In this document: positions 16,490-25,627 of the stretch, in pieces
How positions within the stretch are numbered: position 1 is the stretch's first letter
How the letters are laid out: the number at the start of each line of letters is the position of its first letter
Source: Oscillospiraceae bacterium
Lineage (GTDB): Bacteria; Bacillota; Clostridia; Oscillospirales; Acutalibacteraceae
Reading direction: 5' to 3'
DNA: 64,000 nt
NCBI GenBank assembly: GCA_029012445.1
Contig: JAQXMC010000012.1
Location: 4,293-68,292, forward strand
Notes under the pieces: generated by a model
The model's database searches: none
The model's input: the letters and a program-made list of their open reading frames with translations, nothing else
Told to the model about the DNA's origin: nothing
Position numbers and translations under genes: made by a program

Positions 16490-17886
16490 AAGCAGGGGAA
16501 ATTAAAATGTTCGATCCGCATTTTGAAGATAATTATATAACAGGCAACAACGGCTTCGCTCTTTGCGACAAAGAGGTCGAAAGGTATATCTCTGTCGTTC
16601 CGAGCGAAAATCAGCTTAGCTATTCAAAAAAGCCGTTCAATGTGTTTATTCATTTCGGAATGAACACCGCAACGGGGAGAGAGTGGGGCAGCGCGCAGGA
16701 GACGCTTGATGATTTCACGATAAAGGATATCGACGCTCACCAGTGGATAAGCGTTATAAAGAAGTCGGGAGCGACGGGCGTCGTTCTCACCTGCAAGCAT
16801 CACGACGGCTTCTGCCTCTGGGACACGAAGCAGACGGATTTTTCCGTTATGAACACACCGCTCGGCAGAGATATCGTCCGCCTCGTCAGCGACGAATGCC
16901 GCCTGAACGGGCTTGATTTCGGCGTTTATCTCTCACCCTGGGATATGCACGAAAAAAGCTACGCCACGGACGGATATAACGACTTTTTCTGCGCCCAGCT
17001 GACCGAGCTTCTGACGAATTACGGCGACATTTTCGAGGTCTGGTTAGACGGCGCAAAGGGCGCCGACGCAACGGCGTTCAATTATGACTGGGAAAGATAT
17101 TATGAGCTTATCCGCCGCCTGCAGCCGAAAGCCAACATAGCCGTCTGCGGCCCGGATATCCGCTGGGTCGGCAACGAGGCCGGCAAATCCCGCAAGAACG
17201 AATTTTCGGTCGTACCGTTAAGTCTGACAGAGGCTAAGAAAACAGAAGAAAACTCACAGCATGATCTTTCGGGGAAAAGCGTTAAGAAATTCAGCGAGCA
17301 GACCGCCGATCTCGGCTCAAGGCAGGTTCTTCAGAGCGCGGACAAGCTTTGCTGGTACCCGGCGGAGGTCGATGTTTCGATAAGAAAAGGCTGGTTCTGG
17401 AACGAAAAGGACAACGGCAGCGTCAAAAGCTCCGGGAAGCTTTTCAGGATATATATCGGCTCGGTCGGCAACAACTGCGGCCTTTTGCTCAATGTTCCGC
17501 CGGCGGCTGACGGAAAGATACCCAAAAAGGAGGCAAAAGCTCTTATCGGTCTCGGCAAAAAAATCAGACGGATAAAAGAAAAGCCCGTTCTTGTTCAGAG
17601 CTTCGGCCAGCTCAAGGACGGCGTTGGATATCTCGAATTCAAGTTTAACAGCGTGAAAAAGCTTCGCTACTGTTTCATCAGGGAAGATATATCAAAAAGC
17701 CAGAGAATCGAGAAATTCGATCTTTATATCACAACGCCCAAAGGCAGACACAGGCGCGTCTGCAAGGGCAGCGTTATCGGCTCGGGGAAGATAATCCCGA
17801 TGCGCAGGCGGGCGATCGGCGCCGTTCTCGTCATCAGGCAGTCAAGGTCCGTTCCCTGCATTGAAGAGATCGGTTTCTATGAATAA
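16486..17886 (+). CDS. alpha-L-fucosidase (GH29)
   Basis: Contains FGMNTATGREWG, KHHDGFCLWDTKQTDF, YLSPWD and EVWLDGA. The ATG overlaps the sdaA stop (ATGA). An alternative start is at 16507. Confidence 0.8.
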   Translation: MKAGEIKMFDPHFEDNYITGNNGFALCDKEVERYISVVPSENQLSYSKKPFNVFIHFGMNTATGREWGSAQETLDDFTIKDIDAHQWISVIKKSGATGVVLTCKHHDGFCLWDTKQTDFSVMNTPLGRDIVRLVSDECRLNGLDFGVYLSPWDMHEKSYATDGYNDFFCAQLTELLTNYGDIFEVWLDGAKGADATAFNYDWERYYELIRRLQPKANIAVCGPDIRWVGNEAGKSRKNEFSVVPLSLTEAKKTEENSQHDLSGKSVKKFSEQTADLGSRQVLQSADKLCWYPAEVDVSIRKGWFWNEKDNGSVKSSGKLFRIYIGSVGNNCGLLLNVPPAADGKIPKKEAKALIGLGKKIRRIKEKPVLVQSFGQLKDGVGYLEFKFNSVKKLRYCFIREDISKSQRIEKFDLYITTPKGRHRRVCKGSVIGSGKIIPMRRRAIGAVLVIRQSRSVPCIEEIGFYE

Positions 17887-17898
17887 GCAACATTGAGG

Positions 17899-17973
17899 CG
17901 CAAACTTTTTCGGCGGCACGGTATCTAACCGTGCCGCCGAAAGCTTATATTCTTGGCGTTTTTCGACAAGCTT
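17899..17973. repeat. MITE-like repeat, copy 2 (module B hairpin plus ends of module C)
   Basis: CGCAAAC-TTTTTCGG[hairpin]CCGAAAGCTTATAT TCTTGGCGTTTTTCGACAAGCT matches copy 1 with an internal deletion. It abuts the terminator hairpin at 17974-17994. Confidence 0.8.
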
Positions 17974-18058
17974 GGCGCGGGCAAAGCCCGCGCCTTTTCT
18001 ATCTTTCCGCCGCATCGGAGTATTCTGTCAGAGCCGCCCTTGTTCAGGTCTGCGGTCC

Positions 18059-18084
18059 GGCGGCGCACTGAACCGCGCGCCGCC
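18059..18084. repeat. GC-rich REP-like hairpin GGCGGCGCACTGAACCGCGCGCCGCC, copy a
   Basis: The same 26-mer recurs at 19179-19201 (inverted), 19339-19370 and 24571-24596. Confidence 0.85.
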
Positions 18085-18100
18085 TAATTTCAAAAAACTA

Positions 18101-18129
18101 TTGCGCTTTTCGCTTTGCCGTGTTAAAAT
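18101..18129 (+). promoter_or_regulatory. promoter of asnA: TTGCGC-17-TAAAAT
   Basis: Read on the plus strand, 36 nt upstream of the ATG. Confidence 0.5.
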
Positions 18130-18165
18130 GACACTTGAATTTTTATTTTGAAAAGAGGCTGCGCC

Positions 18166-19170
18166 ATGAAACTTCTAATCCCCAAGGACTACGATCCCCT
18201 GCTTGACATCCGCCACACCGAGGTTGCCATCAAAAAGGTCAAGGACTTTTTTGAAAGGGATCTTGCAACACAGCTCAATCTGACGAGAGTTTCGGCTCCT
18301 CTGTTCGTCAAAACGGGAACGGGACTCAACGACAATCTCAACGGCGTTGAAAGGCCGGTTGGCTTTGATGTTCTCGAAACGGGCGACGAGGTTGAGATAG
18401 TCCATTCTCTCGCAAAGTGGAAAAGAGCCGCCCTCAAGCACTACGGCTTTAAGAAGGGCGAGGGACTTTATACTGATATGTACGCCATCCGGCGCGACGA
18501 GGAGACCGACAATCTCCACTCGATATATGTTGACCAGTGGGACTGGGAAAAAATAATCGCTAAAGAGGACAGAAACACCGAAACGCTCAAGAAAACGGTC
18601 CGCAGCGTTTATGAGGCTCTCAAGCACACTGAAAACTATATCGCCGGCGAATATGATTTTGTTCATAAATTCCTGCCCGAGGATATCTTCTTCATCACGA
18701 CTCAGGAGCTTGAGGACAGATTTCCCGACAAAACTCCCAAGGAAAGAGAAAACATTATAGCCAGAGAGCACAAGGCTGTTTTCATAATGAAAATCGGCGG
18801 CGCGCTCAGATCGGGCGAAATCCACGACGGCAGGGCGCCCGACTATGACGACTGGGAGCTCAACGGCGACATTGTTGTTTATTATCCCGTTCTCGATATT
18901 GCGTTTGAGCTTTCGAGCATGGGCATCAGAGTTGACGAGGAGGCTCTCAGAAAGCAGCTTGAAATAAGGGGCTGCCCCGAAAGAGCCGAGCTTCCGTTCC
19001 AGAAAGCGCTTCTCAACGGCGAGCTTCCCTACACGATCGGCGGAGGCATCGGTCAGTCGAGAATCAGCATGTTCTTCCTCAGAAAAGCGCACATAGGCGA
19101 GGTTCAGGCTTCCGTCTGGCCGGAGGAAATGAGAAAAGAATGTGAAAAGCACAACATAAATCTGCTGTAA
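18166..19170 (+). CDS. asnA: aspartate--ammonia ligase (asparagine synthetase A)
   Basis: Contains [50 protein letters not shown] and GGGIGQSR. I prefer the ATG at 18166 (AGAGG SD) over the TTG at 18148. Confidence 0.9.
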   Translation: MKLLIPKDYDPLLDIRHTEVAIKKVKDFFERDLATQLNLTRVSAPLFVKTGTGLNDNLNGVERPVGFDVLETGDEVEIVHSLAKWKRAALKHYGFKKGEGLYTDMYAIRRDEETDNLHSIYVDQWDWEKIIAKEDRNTETLKKTVRSVYEALKHTENYIAGEYDFVHKFLPEDIFFITTQELEDRFPDKTPKERENIIAREHKAVFIMKIGGALRSGEIHDGRAPDYDDWELNGDIVVYYPVLDIAFELSSMGIRVDEEALRKQLEIRGCPERAELPFQKALLNGELPYTIGGGIGQSRISMFFLRKAHIGEVQASVWPEEMRKECEKHNINLL

Positions 19171-19178
19171 CAGGAGTC

Positions 19179-19201
19179 GGCGCGCGGTTCAGTGCGCCGC
19201 C
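19179..19201. repeat. REP-like hairpin, copy b (inverted relative to copy a)
   Basis: GGCGCGCGGTTCAGTGCGCCGCC followed by GGACTGCGG, which mirrors CTGCGGTCC before copy a. Confidence 0.85.
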
Positions 19202-19338
19202 GGACTGCGGTTTCGCAGAGAGCCGGAGCCGACGGAAAGCTCCGGTTTGAGGGAATGACCGACAAAGCCGGATGAAACGCAAGCGTTTCATCCGGCTTCA
19301 TGTGTTTCTGCGTTGATAATGTCTTCTCCCCGTGAGCC

Positions 19339-19370
19339 GGGGGCGGCGCACTGAACCGCGCGCCGCCCCC
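19339..19370. repeat. REP-like hairpin, copy c (extended GGGGG/CCCCC stem, T-run on plus strand)
   Basis: GGGGGCGGCGCACTGAACCGCGCGCCGCCCCC followed by TTTTT. Confidence 0.85.
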
Positions 19371-19376
19371 TTTTTA

Positions 19377-20837
19377 TTATTCAGCGTTTTTTCCTTCCGC
19401 TTTAGCTTCTTCTTTTGCCTTTGCCGCTTCCGCCTTTCCTTCCGGCGTGTCGCGGTAGTATTGCGTCATCGGGTTCGGGTGCTTGTTGTTCTTCCAGAGC
19501 TCCTCGGCCGTCGGCGCCCACTCTGCGGCGAAGCTGTCGCACTTTGAACACAGATGCTCCGCCGTCTCCTCCATAACAAGGTCAGTCGACTTCGCCCCCG
19601 TCTCTGCGACTATCTTTCTGAGATACTGCGGATTTTCAAGCATCGGGCAGGGCCTGAGGTGATTGTCGTTGAAGGGCTGACCTTTTCTGAAAGCCGTGAA
19701 CAGCGGACTTCTGAGTCCCTCGAGAATCGTGTTCTTTCTGATGTTTGAATCCGAATAGTGAATAAATACGCAGGGCTCCATATCGCCCGCCGAGTTTATG
19801 TGGAAATAGTTTCTTCCTCCCGCTATGCAGCCGCCGACATATTCGCCGTCATCCTGAAAGTCCATGACGAAGATCGGCTTGCCCGTGTGTGAATTTCTCG
19901 TCTCTCTGAGCCATTTATACATATGCACTCTCTGCTGCGGCGACGGAATAAGCTCCGGCACTGCGGCGTGTCCGACGGGCATATAGCAGAAATACATTCC
20001 GAACTTGACTCCTCTTTCTATCATCTCGTCGAGGAATTCGTCGCTCGTGACCGTTTCGACATTTTCGCTCGTGTAGCAGACCGACATTCCGAACAGGCAG
20101 CCCTTCGCTTTCAGAAGCGACATTGCCTTTACCGTTTTGTCGTAAGAGCCGGCTCCTCTTCTTGCGTCGGTCGTGTCTTTTGTTCCCTCAATGCTCAGCG
20201 CGAGCGTTAAATTGCCGACGCGCTTCATCTCGTCGCAGAATTTTTCGTCAATGAGAGTTCCGTTGGTGAACGCAAGAAACGCGCAGTCGGGGTGCTTTTC
20301 AGCGAGCTTTATGAGATCGTCCTTTCTTATCAGCGGCTCGCCGCCCGTGAACAGATAAAGGTGAGTGCCGAGCTCCACGCCCTGCTCAACAACGCTTTCC
20401 ATTTCGTCAAAGGTCAGGCTCTGCTTATAACCGTATTCCGCCGACCAGCAGCCCTTGCACTTGCAGTTGCAGGCGCTCGTGGGATCCATCAGGATAAGCC
20501 ACGGAATGTTGCATTTATATATTTCTCTGTTCGCCCTAACGGCTTTCGTTCCGTGATATCCGGCGCCAAGCCCCATTGCCAGCAGCATTTTTTTGAGAAC
20601 CTGTCTGTCAACATCGTGAAGGAAGTTCATCGCATACTGATAATAAACATTATTTTCATCCTGCACGGCGTTTCTCATTGCGTCGAGATATGATTTTTTG
20701 AATGTTCCGCCGAGGATCTTTTCCGATCTGTCAATGAGCTTGACGAGGTTTTTCTTCGGGTCCTTGTCAATATACTTGAGGATCTGATCTATCGTCAGCC
20801 CCGCGGCAGCTCTTTCGATTTTATCTTTGATATTCAT
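19377..20837 (-). CDS. radical SAM enzyme with C-terminal SPASM/twitch-like auxiliary-cluster region
   Basis: 486 aa. CX3CX2C is present as CNCKCKGC, followed by FTGGEPL. Later there is GGCIAGGRNYFHINSAGDMEPCVF plus further Cys residues (RPCPM, CSKC). About 125 aa of helical extension precede the core. Confidence 0.8.
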   Translation of the reverse strand: MNIKDKIERAAAGLTIDQILKYIDKDPKKNLVKLIDRSEKILGGTFKKSYLDAMRNAVQDENNVYYQYAMNFLHDVDRQVLKKMLLAMGLGAGYHGTKAVRANREIYKCNIPWLILMDPTSACNCKCKGCWSAEYGYKQSLTFDEMESVVEQGVELGTHLYLFTGGEPLIRKDDLIKLAEKHPDCAFLAFTNGTLIDEKFCDEMKRVGNLTLALSIEGTKDTTDARRGAGSYDKTVKAMSLLKAKGCLFGMSVCYTSENVETVTSDEFLDEMIERGVKFGMYFCYMPVGHAAVPELIPSPQQRVHMYKWLRETRNSHTGKPIFVMDFQDDGEYVGGCIAGGRNYFHINSAGDMEPCVFIHYSDSNIRKNTILEGLRSPLFTAFRKGQPFNDNHLRPCPMLENPQYLRKIVAETGAKSTDLVMEETAEHLCSKCDSFAAEWAPTAEELWKNNKHPNPMTQYYRDTPEGKAEAAKAKEEAKAEGKNAE

Positions 20838-21100
20838 TGCGATCGACTCCTTTATGAATATATGCCAGTATATCAGATTTTTTTATGATTGTCCACAACT
20901 GAGAAAAAATATAACAGAATATAAATCAAAAAAATATTATGTAATATTTTTTAATCGAATTATGGCGGTGCAAAGCACGAAACGGCGACAGCTTCAACGG
21001 AAATGTTGACCTTTTGCGCTTTTGTTATTCAAAACATATTGAATTTGCGGCATAATTTGGTATATACTATTTGTAATAATACTTTCGGGTTGGTATATAT

Positions 21101-21781
21101 ATGAAAGAAAAAACAAAGAGCACTCTTTTGCTTATTGCTAAAATACTTGTCGCCGCAGCTATCCTGACGGCGGTCATTCTCAATTACGACAGGCTGAAAA
21201 ATCTCGATGTACGGGCAATTGTCGAAAACGCCCCAAGCATATACGCGGCGGCGGGGATAGTTCTGGTGATTTTTTTCGCGAAATCGCTGCTGTTCGTCAT
21301 TCCGGCGTCGCTGATCTATATCTCGGTCGGAATGGCTTTTTCTCCGCTTCCGGCGATTCTGATAAGCTTCGCAGGAATAAGCGTTGAGGTTATGGCGACC
21401 TATCTTCTCGGCCGGTTTCTCGGCGGAGACGCCGTCAATAAGCTGCTGAGAAAAAGCAAAAACGGCCGGAAGCTCCTTGAAAAAAATGTTCAGGATAAAT
21501 TCGGCGTTCTGTTTCTGATGCGGTTTTCCGGTCTGCCGATTGATTTCACGAGTCTGTTTCTCGGCGCTTCGGGGTGCAATCCTCTGAAATATTATCTCGC
21601 TTCGATATCGGGCATCATGCCCAGAGTCATCGTTTTCACATTTCTGGGCGACGGAATATATGATATAGTGCCGATGGACCTGCTGATAAAAATAATCATC
21701 GGAATAATCCCCGCCGTGATAGCGGCGTTCGTCATAAAGCATATTCTTGACAGGAAAAAATCACCTGCCGCCGACAAGTAA
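21101..21781 (+). CDS. TVP38/TMEM64 (DedA-related) family membrane protein
   Basis: 226 aa, multi-TM, with the motif LLGRFLGGDAVNKLL and a following re-entrant-type segment. Confidence 0.7.
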   Translation: MKEKTKSTLLLIAKILVAAAILTAVILNYDRLKNLDVRAIVENAPSIYAAAGIVLVIFFAKSLLFVIPASLIYISVGMAFSPLPAILISFAGISVEVMATYLLGRFLGGDAVNKLLRKSKNGRKLLEKNVQDKFGVLFLMRFSGLPIDFTSLFLGASGCNPLKYYLASISGIMPRVIVFTFLGDGIYDIVPMDLLIKIIIGIIPAVIAAFVIKHILDRKKSPAADK

Positions 21782-21885
21782 ATTTTGCCGGCGCCCCGTT
21801 TCGGGGCGCCGGCGCTTGCATTTTTTGTCGTTTTGGTGTATAATGCGTATTTGTTATTGTATAACACCTAAAGGAGGCGAAGCCT

Positions 21886-23847
21886 TTGGCCGGGAAAAAC
21901 ACACGGGAAAAGAAAGAAAAAAGCTCTCTGCCAAATATTCTTTTATCGGAGAGTGAAAATAAAAACAACTCCTACGACGATGTTGATTATATTGTTTATG
22001 ACGAGCAGGAAGAAGCCGAGCAAGTCATAATCCCCATTGAAGAAGTTGAGGAAAAGCCCAAAAAGCGCGGACTCTCCGTTCCGGACGCAGCCGCCTTTAT
22101 TCAGGAGGCGGACGAGTGCGTCAACGATATCGGCGCCGTTACCGTCAGCGTTCTGACAGCCGTATTTCACGGCATTTTCGAAGCGCTGAAAATACCGTTC
22201 ATGCTCCTTTGGCAGAAGGTGCTGATGAAGGCGGGAATGGCTATAAGCGCGAAATTCTCTCAGGCTGTCAAGCGAATGAGGATCAAAGAATTCAAGCGCT
22301 TCGGCAGGGACGCCAAGAAATCCGCCAAGGTCATCAAGCAGACAAGGCAGAACGAGGACTTCAGAACTCTGATCAAAAATCTTGTTTTTGAGACGAAATC
22401 CTCCTTCAAAAAGCACCGGCGCGTCTGGCTTTCGATGGCAAATATCATTTTTCCTCTCGTTTGCGTAACGATTCTGATCGCGACTCTCGGAAAATACACC
22501 GACAGAATCTTCGCTTTGCAGGTCAACTATAACGGTCAGAATATCGGCTATGTCGAGAATGAAGATGTATATAACCAAGCTAAGGAATATGCCGCTCAGA
22601 GACTCGCTCTCAACAACGGCTCGCTGACACTTAATCCGCCGACCTATCAGATAAAGCTTCTGACTCTCAATAAGCTCAGCGACGCAAAAACAATTTGCGA
22701 CAAAATAATTGAAAACACCGACGGCGACTATATCAACGCCTGCGGAATTTATGTTGACGGAGAGTTCATCTGCGCCGTCAAAAACGAGGCGGACGCAAGA
22801 AATGTCTTTGAGCAGATACTCAAGCCCTACAAGGCGAAAGCGGGCTCAGACGCCACCGTTGCTTTCGTTGAGGAGATATCATATGTTCAGAGCTATTATC
22901 CCGACACCGACGAGGTCATCTGGGACACCGCAAAGCTCAAAAAAACTATGACCTCCACCAAGAGCAACGCCGTTTATCACACGGTCAAAGCGGGCGAATC
23001 CCTCTCAAAGATCGCAAGCGACTATAAAATGTATCTGTCGGATCTTCTTTCATATAACCCGAAGCTCACAGAGGAGACTCCTCTTCATGTCGGAGACAGG
23101 ATCGTTATTTCAAATCAGGTCAACTACATCAGAGTCAAGGTTATGAAAACCGAAACGAGAAAGGTCAAGATCGACTACGAGACCGAAACCAAGGAGTCAA
23201 AGACTCTTTATAAAGGTCAGTCGAAAGTCACAAGAAAAGGTCAGAAGGGCGTTGAGCGCATCACCGAGATGGTCACTTATATCGACGGCATCAAAAGCTA
23301 TGTCACGGAGATATCCTCCGAAGTCATCAAGAAGCCCGTCAACGAGATCGTCTATAAAGGCACCAAGGTGGTTGTCAGTGCCCCGTCCTACAGCGGAGGA
23401 CGATACAGCGGAAATTACAGCGAATACAAGACCGGCAACGGAGACACAACCTATTCCGGCGGCAAGCTCAGCTGGCCGAGCACCAGCGCCAGAATGGTAT
23501 CCTCGCCGTTTGGTTACAGAAGAATGGGCTTCCACGGCGGAGTCGATCTCTGCCGCCCCGGCGGATCAAGAGGCACCCCCGTTCTCGCAGCGGCGGGCGG
23601 CACCGTCGTCAGCTGCACGACATCGGGCAGCTACGGCTACTCGGTACTCATAGACCACGGCAACGGCCTTAAAACAAGATACGCTCATATGATTGCCGGC
23701 TCCGTCAGCGTCAGAGTCGGTCAGAAGGTTTCGACAGGTCAGCAGATAGGCAAAATAGGCTCAACCGGCAACGCATACGGCGCTCATCTTCACTTTGAGG
23801 TCATCAAAAACGGAAGACGCGTCAATCCCATGCCGTATCTTAGATAA
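21886..23847 (+). CDS. membrane-anchored LysM / G5 / M23-family metallopeptidase
   Basis: TTG start 8 nt after AAAGGAGG. LysM (YHTVKAGESLSKIASDY..), G5-like (KVKIDYETETKESKTLYKGQSKVTRKGQKGVE), M23 (HGGVDL...HLHFEV). Confidence 0.85.
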   Translation: MAGKNTREKKEKSSLPNILLSESENKNNSYDDVDYIVYDEQEEAEQVIIPIEEVEEKPKKRGLSVPDAAAFIQEADECVNDIGAVTVSVLTAVFHGIFEALKIPFMLLWQKVLMKAGMAISAKFSQAVKRMRIKEFKRFGRDAKKSAKVIKQTRQNEDFRTLIKNLVFETKSSFKKHRRVWLSMANIIFPLVCVTILIATLGKYTDRIFALQVNYNGQNIGYVENEDVYNQAKEYAAQRLALNNGSLTLNPPTYQIKLLTLNKLSDAKTICDKIIENTDGDYINACGIYVDGEFICAVKNEADARNVFEQILKPYKAKAGSDATVAFVEEISYVQSYYPDTDEVIWDTAKLKKTMTSTKSNAVYHTVKAGESLSKIASDYKMYLSDLLSYNPKLTEETPLHVGDRIVISNQVNYIRVKVMKTETRKVKIDYETETKESKTLYKGQSKVTRKGQKGVERITEMVTYIDGIKSYVTEISSEVIKKPVNEIVYKGTKVVVSAPSYSGGRYSGNYSEYKTGNGDTTYSGGKLSWPSTSARMVSSPFGYRRMGFHGGVDLCRPGGSRGTPVLAAAGGTVVSCTTSGSYGYSVLIDHGNGLKTRYAHMIAGSVSVRVGQKVSTGQQIGKIGSTGNAYGAHLHFEVIKNGRRVNPMPYLR

Positions 23848-23884
23848 AACAGATATATCCGGGCGCAGCGAAGGCTCCGTCCGG

Positions 23885-24010
23885 CAGACTGCCGATAAAG
23901 GCGCCCGAACGCATAAAAACGAAAGAAAAAGTCTGATTCTTTCAAGTGCAAACCGCAAACTGTTTCGGCGGCACAGTTCGATACTGTGCCGCCGAAAGCT
24001 TATATAGGCT
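23885..24010. repeat. MITE-like repeat, copy 3 (modules A+B)
   Basis: CAGACTGCCGATAAAGGCGCCCGAACGCATAAAA...GTCTGATTCTTTCAAGTGCAAACCGCAAACTGTTTCGG[hairpin]CCGAAAGCTTATAT aligns with 7141-7272. Confidence 0.85.
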
Positions 24011-24229
24011 AAGCCAAAATGGGTAACGGCGGCCGGAATAAACGGCAATTATCGCAAGGCTTCGGCGAAACGGGAAAAAGGATAAAATTCCGGAGTAGTA
24101 ATAAACGGAAAAAAGAAAAATGTCGGATATCCATTATACAAATGTCTTGGATTTTACCGTTTGTTAAAAATTTATACCAATTTTGTTATTATTTAATATA
24201 TAGTTTATTAACCATGTTTATAAACAACA

Positions 24230-24257
24230 TTGATAAAATATAAACGAAAGATAAACT
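24230..24257 (+). promoter_or_regulatory. promoter of sORF-3: TTGATA-16-TAAACT
   Basis: Read on the plus strand in an AT-rich spacer. Confidence 0.45.
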
Positions 24258-24280
24258 ATTTCTTAAGGAGATGTAAGAAG

Positions 24281-24385
24281 ATGTTTGAATTATTTGCAAA
24301 TGTGAAGAAAGAGGACGTTCTGCAGATTATAGATACGATTTTCCTTTTCTTCCGCACGCTTTTAGGTCTTGACAACAAAGACTGA
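24281..24385 (+). CDS. sORF-3: 34-aa peptide MFELFANVKKEDVLQIIDTIFLFFRTLLGLDNKD
   Basis: AAGGAG SD 9 nt upstream of the ATG, with a strong terminator 22 nt after the stop. Confidence 0.55.
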   Translation: MFELFANVKKEDVLQIIDTIFLFFRTLLGLDNKD

Positions 24386-24406
24386 TAAGCGAAATTAAAC
24401 AGAAGA

Positions 24407-24440
24407 AAACGCCGCAGAATGATTTCTGCGGCGTTTTTTT
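24407..24440 (+). terminator. intrinsic terminator of sORF-3
   Basis: ACGCCGCAGA/TCTGCGGCGT stem followed by TTTTTTT. Confidence 0.85.
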
Positions 24441-24570
24441 GTGGCATTCATATTTAAGCATAACGACAACCTCTGTTGAGGGGCGCGCCGGACCCGGCGC
24501 GCCCGTTGCGGCAGACGCCATCTGCCCCGACACATTCACAAAGCGCCGGCTGTCAGTTGAATTCCGGTTC

Positions 24571-24596
24571 GGCGGCGCACTGAACCGCGCGCCGCC
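24571..24596. repeat. REP-like hairpin, copy d
   Basis: Exact GGCGGCGCACTGAACCGCGCGCCGCC. Confidence 0.85.
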
Positions 24597-24718
24597 TGCT
24601 TTCTTCTCTCCTCATGTTTCCGCCTTATCCGACAGCAAAGCCCCGCCGAAATATCGGCAGGGCTTTGTTTGTTCTGCGCAAATTATAATGGCAGGTTTCT
24701 GTCTTGTTTCCGCCCGGT

Positions 24719-25627
24719 TTACTGCCAGGTGAATGTCCAGCTCTCGTCCATTCCGCCCTCAAATGAGGCGCTGCCGGTCAGGCCGATTATCTTAGCTTCG
24801 CCCGAACCGCTCATGGGGAACTTGCAGTCGTATTTATCAAGAAGTCCGTCCTTGTTGACGCATATCGTCACCGTTGAGCCGGGATAGGTCATGTCGGCTT
24901 TCGTGATATTAACTCCGCTGAGTCCGAGGCTGTTGACATCGAGATAACCGACAGCGACGGAGTGATTGGCGGGCGGAGTGTCAAGTGTTCCTGTTTCGGG
25001 AACGATCGTTATCGAAATCTTGTAGCCGCCGTCGCCGTAAGGATCACAGCTTGCGGCGGAAATGCCGGCCGCAGTTATAGAAGTTTCCTTGTTTGACGGG
25101 GGCAGCTCGCTGAGGATCGTCTGTCCTTCAGCTGTCGCTCCGTTAACGAAAGCGTAATCTGTCGACTTTTCACCGGTGAAGCCGTTGACGATCTTGTTGA
25201 CCATGCTCGTCAGTCTCGGAACCGAACAGTCAACAACCGTTATCTGAACATTGGTCGTTTTCTTAGCGTTGCAGTTCTGCTTCATGTTCTTCGTTTTGTT
25301 CATGGCGTCGTTGAACGCCTTGGCTATTTCCTCTTTAGTCTCGGGCTTTTTTGAAGCGCTGCTGTCCGGCTTGCTCTGCTTTGTCGTTGAAGCTGTTCCG
25401 GTTGAAGAGGTGTCCGCCTGTGACGGCGCGCTTGTCGCCTGTGTCGGCTCAGTTGAGGACAGCGCCACAGTCGGCGTTGTCGTCAGCTGCGACTGAGTCG
25501 TGTTTGCGTTCGACATTATCGAAGTGTTGATTGCCTTTCTCTCTCTATATGCGCCCAGCTCGATACCCATTGCGAATATCCAGACGCAAAGCACGATACT
25601 GACTATGATCTTCACTGTGCGGTTCAT
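24719..25627 (-). CDS. membrane-anchored extracellular protein with Ser/Thr-rich linker (unknown family)
   Basis: 302 aa. N-terminal TM (IIVSIVLCVWIFAMGI), a T/S/Q-rich low-complexity stretch, then a beta-rich C-terminal domain. Good SD (GAAAGGAG). Confidence 0.65.
   Translation of the reverse strand: MNRTVKIIVSIVLCVWIFAMGIELGAYRERKAINTSIMSNANTTQSQLTTTPTVALSSTEPTQATSAPSQADTSSTGTASTTKQSKPDSSASKKPETKEEIAKAFNDAMNKTKNMKQNCNAKKTTNVQITVVDCSVPRLTSMVNKIVNGFTGEKSTDYAFVNGATAEGQTILSELPPSNKETSITAAGISAASCDPYGDGGYKISITIVPETGTLDTPPANHSVAVGYLDVNSLGLSGVNITKADMTYPGSTVTICVNKDGLLDKYDCKFPMSGSGEAKIIGLTGSASFEGGMDESWTFTWQ

Noticed and set aside
18175-19152. 325-aa minus-strand ORF covering almost all of asnA
   Set aside because: It is antisense to a gene with unambiguous AsnA motifs. 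The translation is low-complexity and has no SD, so it is a typical shadow ORF.
20889-20897. Isolated DnaA-box-like TTGTCCACA in the radical SAM / TVP38 divergent promoter region
   Set aside because: It is a single one-mismatch box with no cluster, which is expected by chance in 64 kb.
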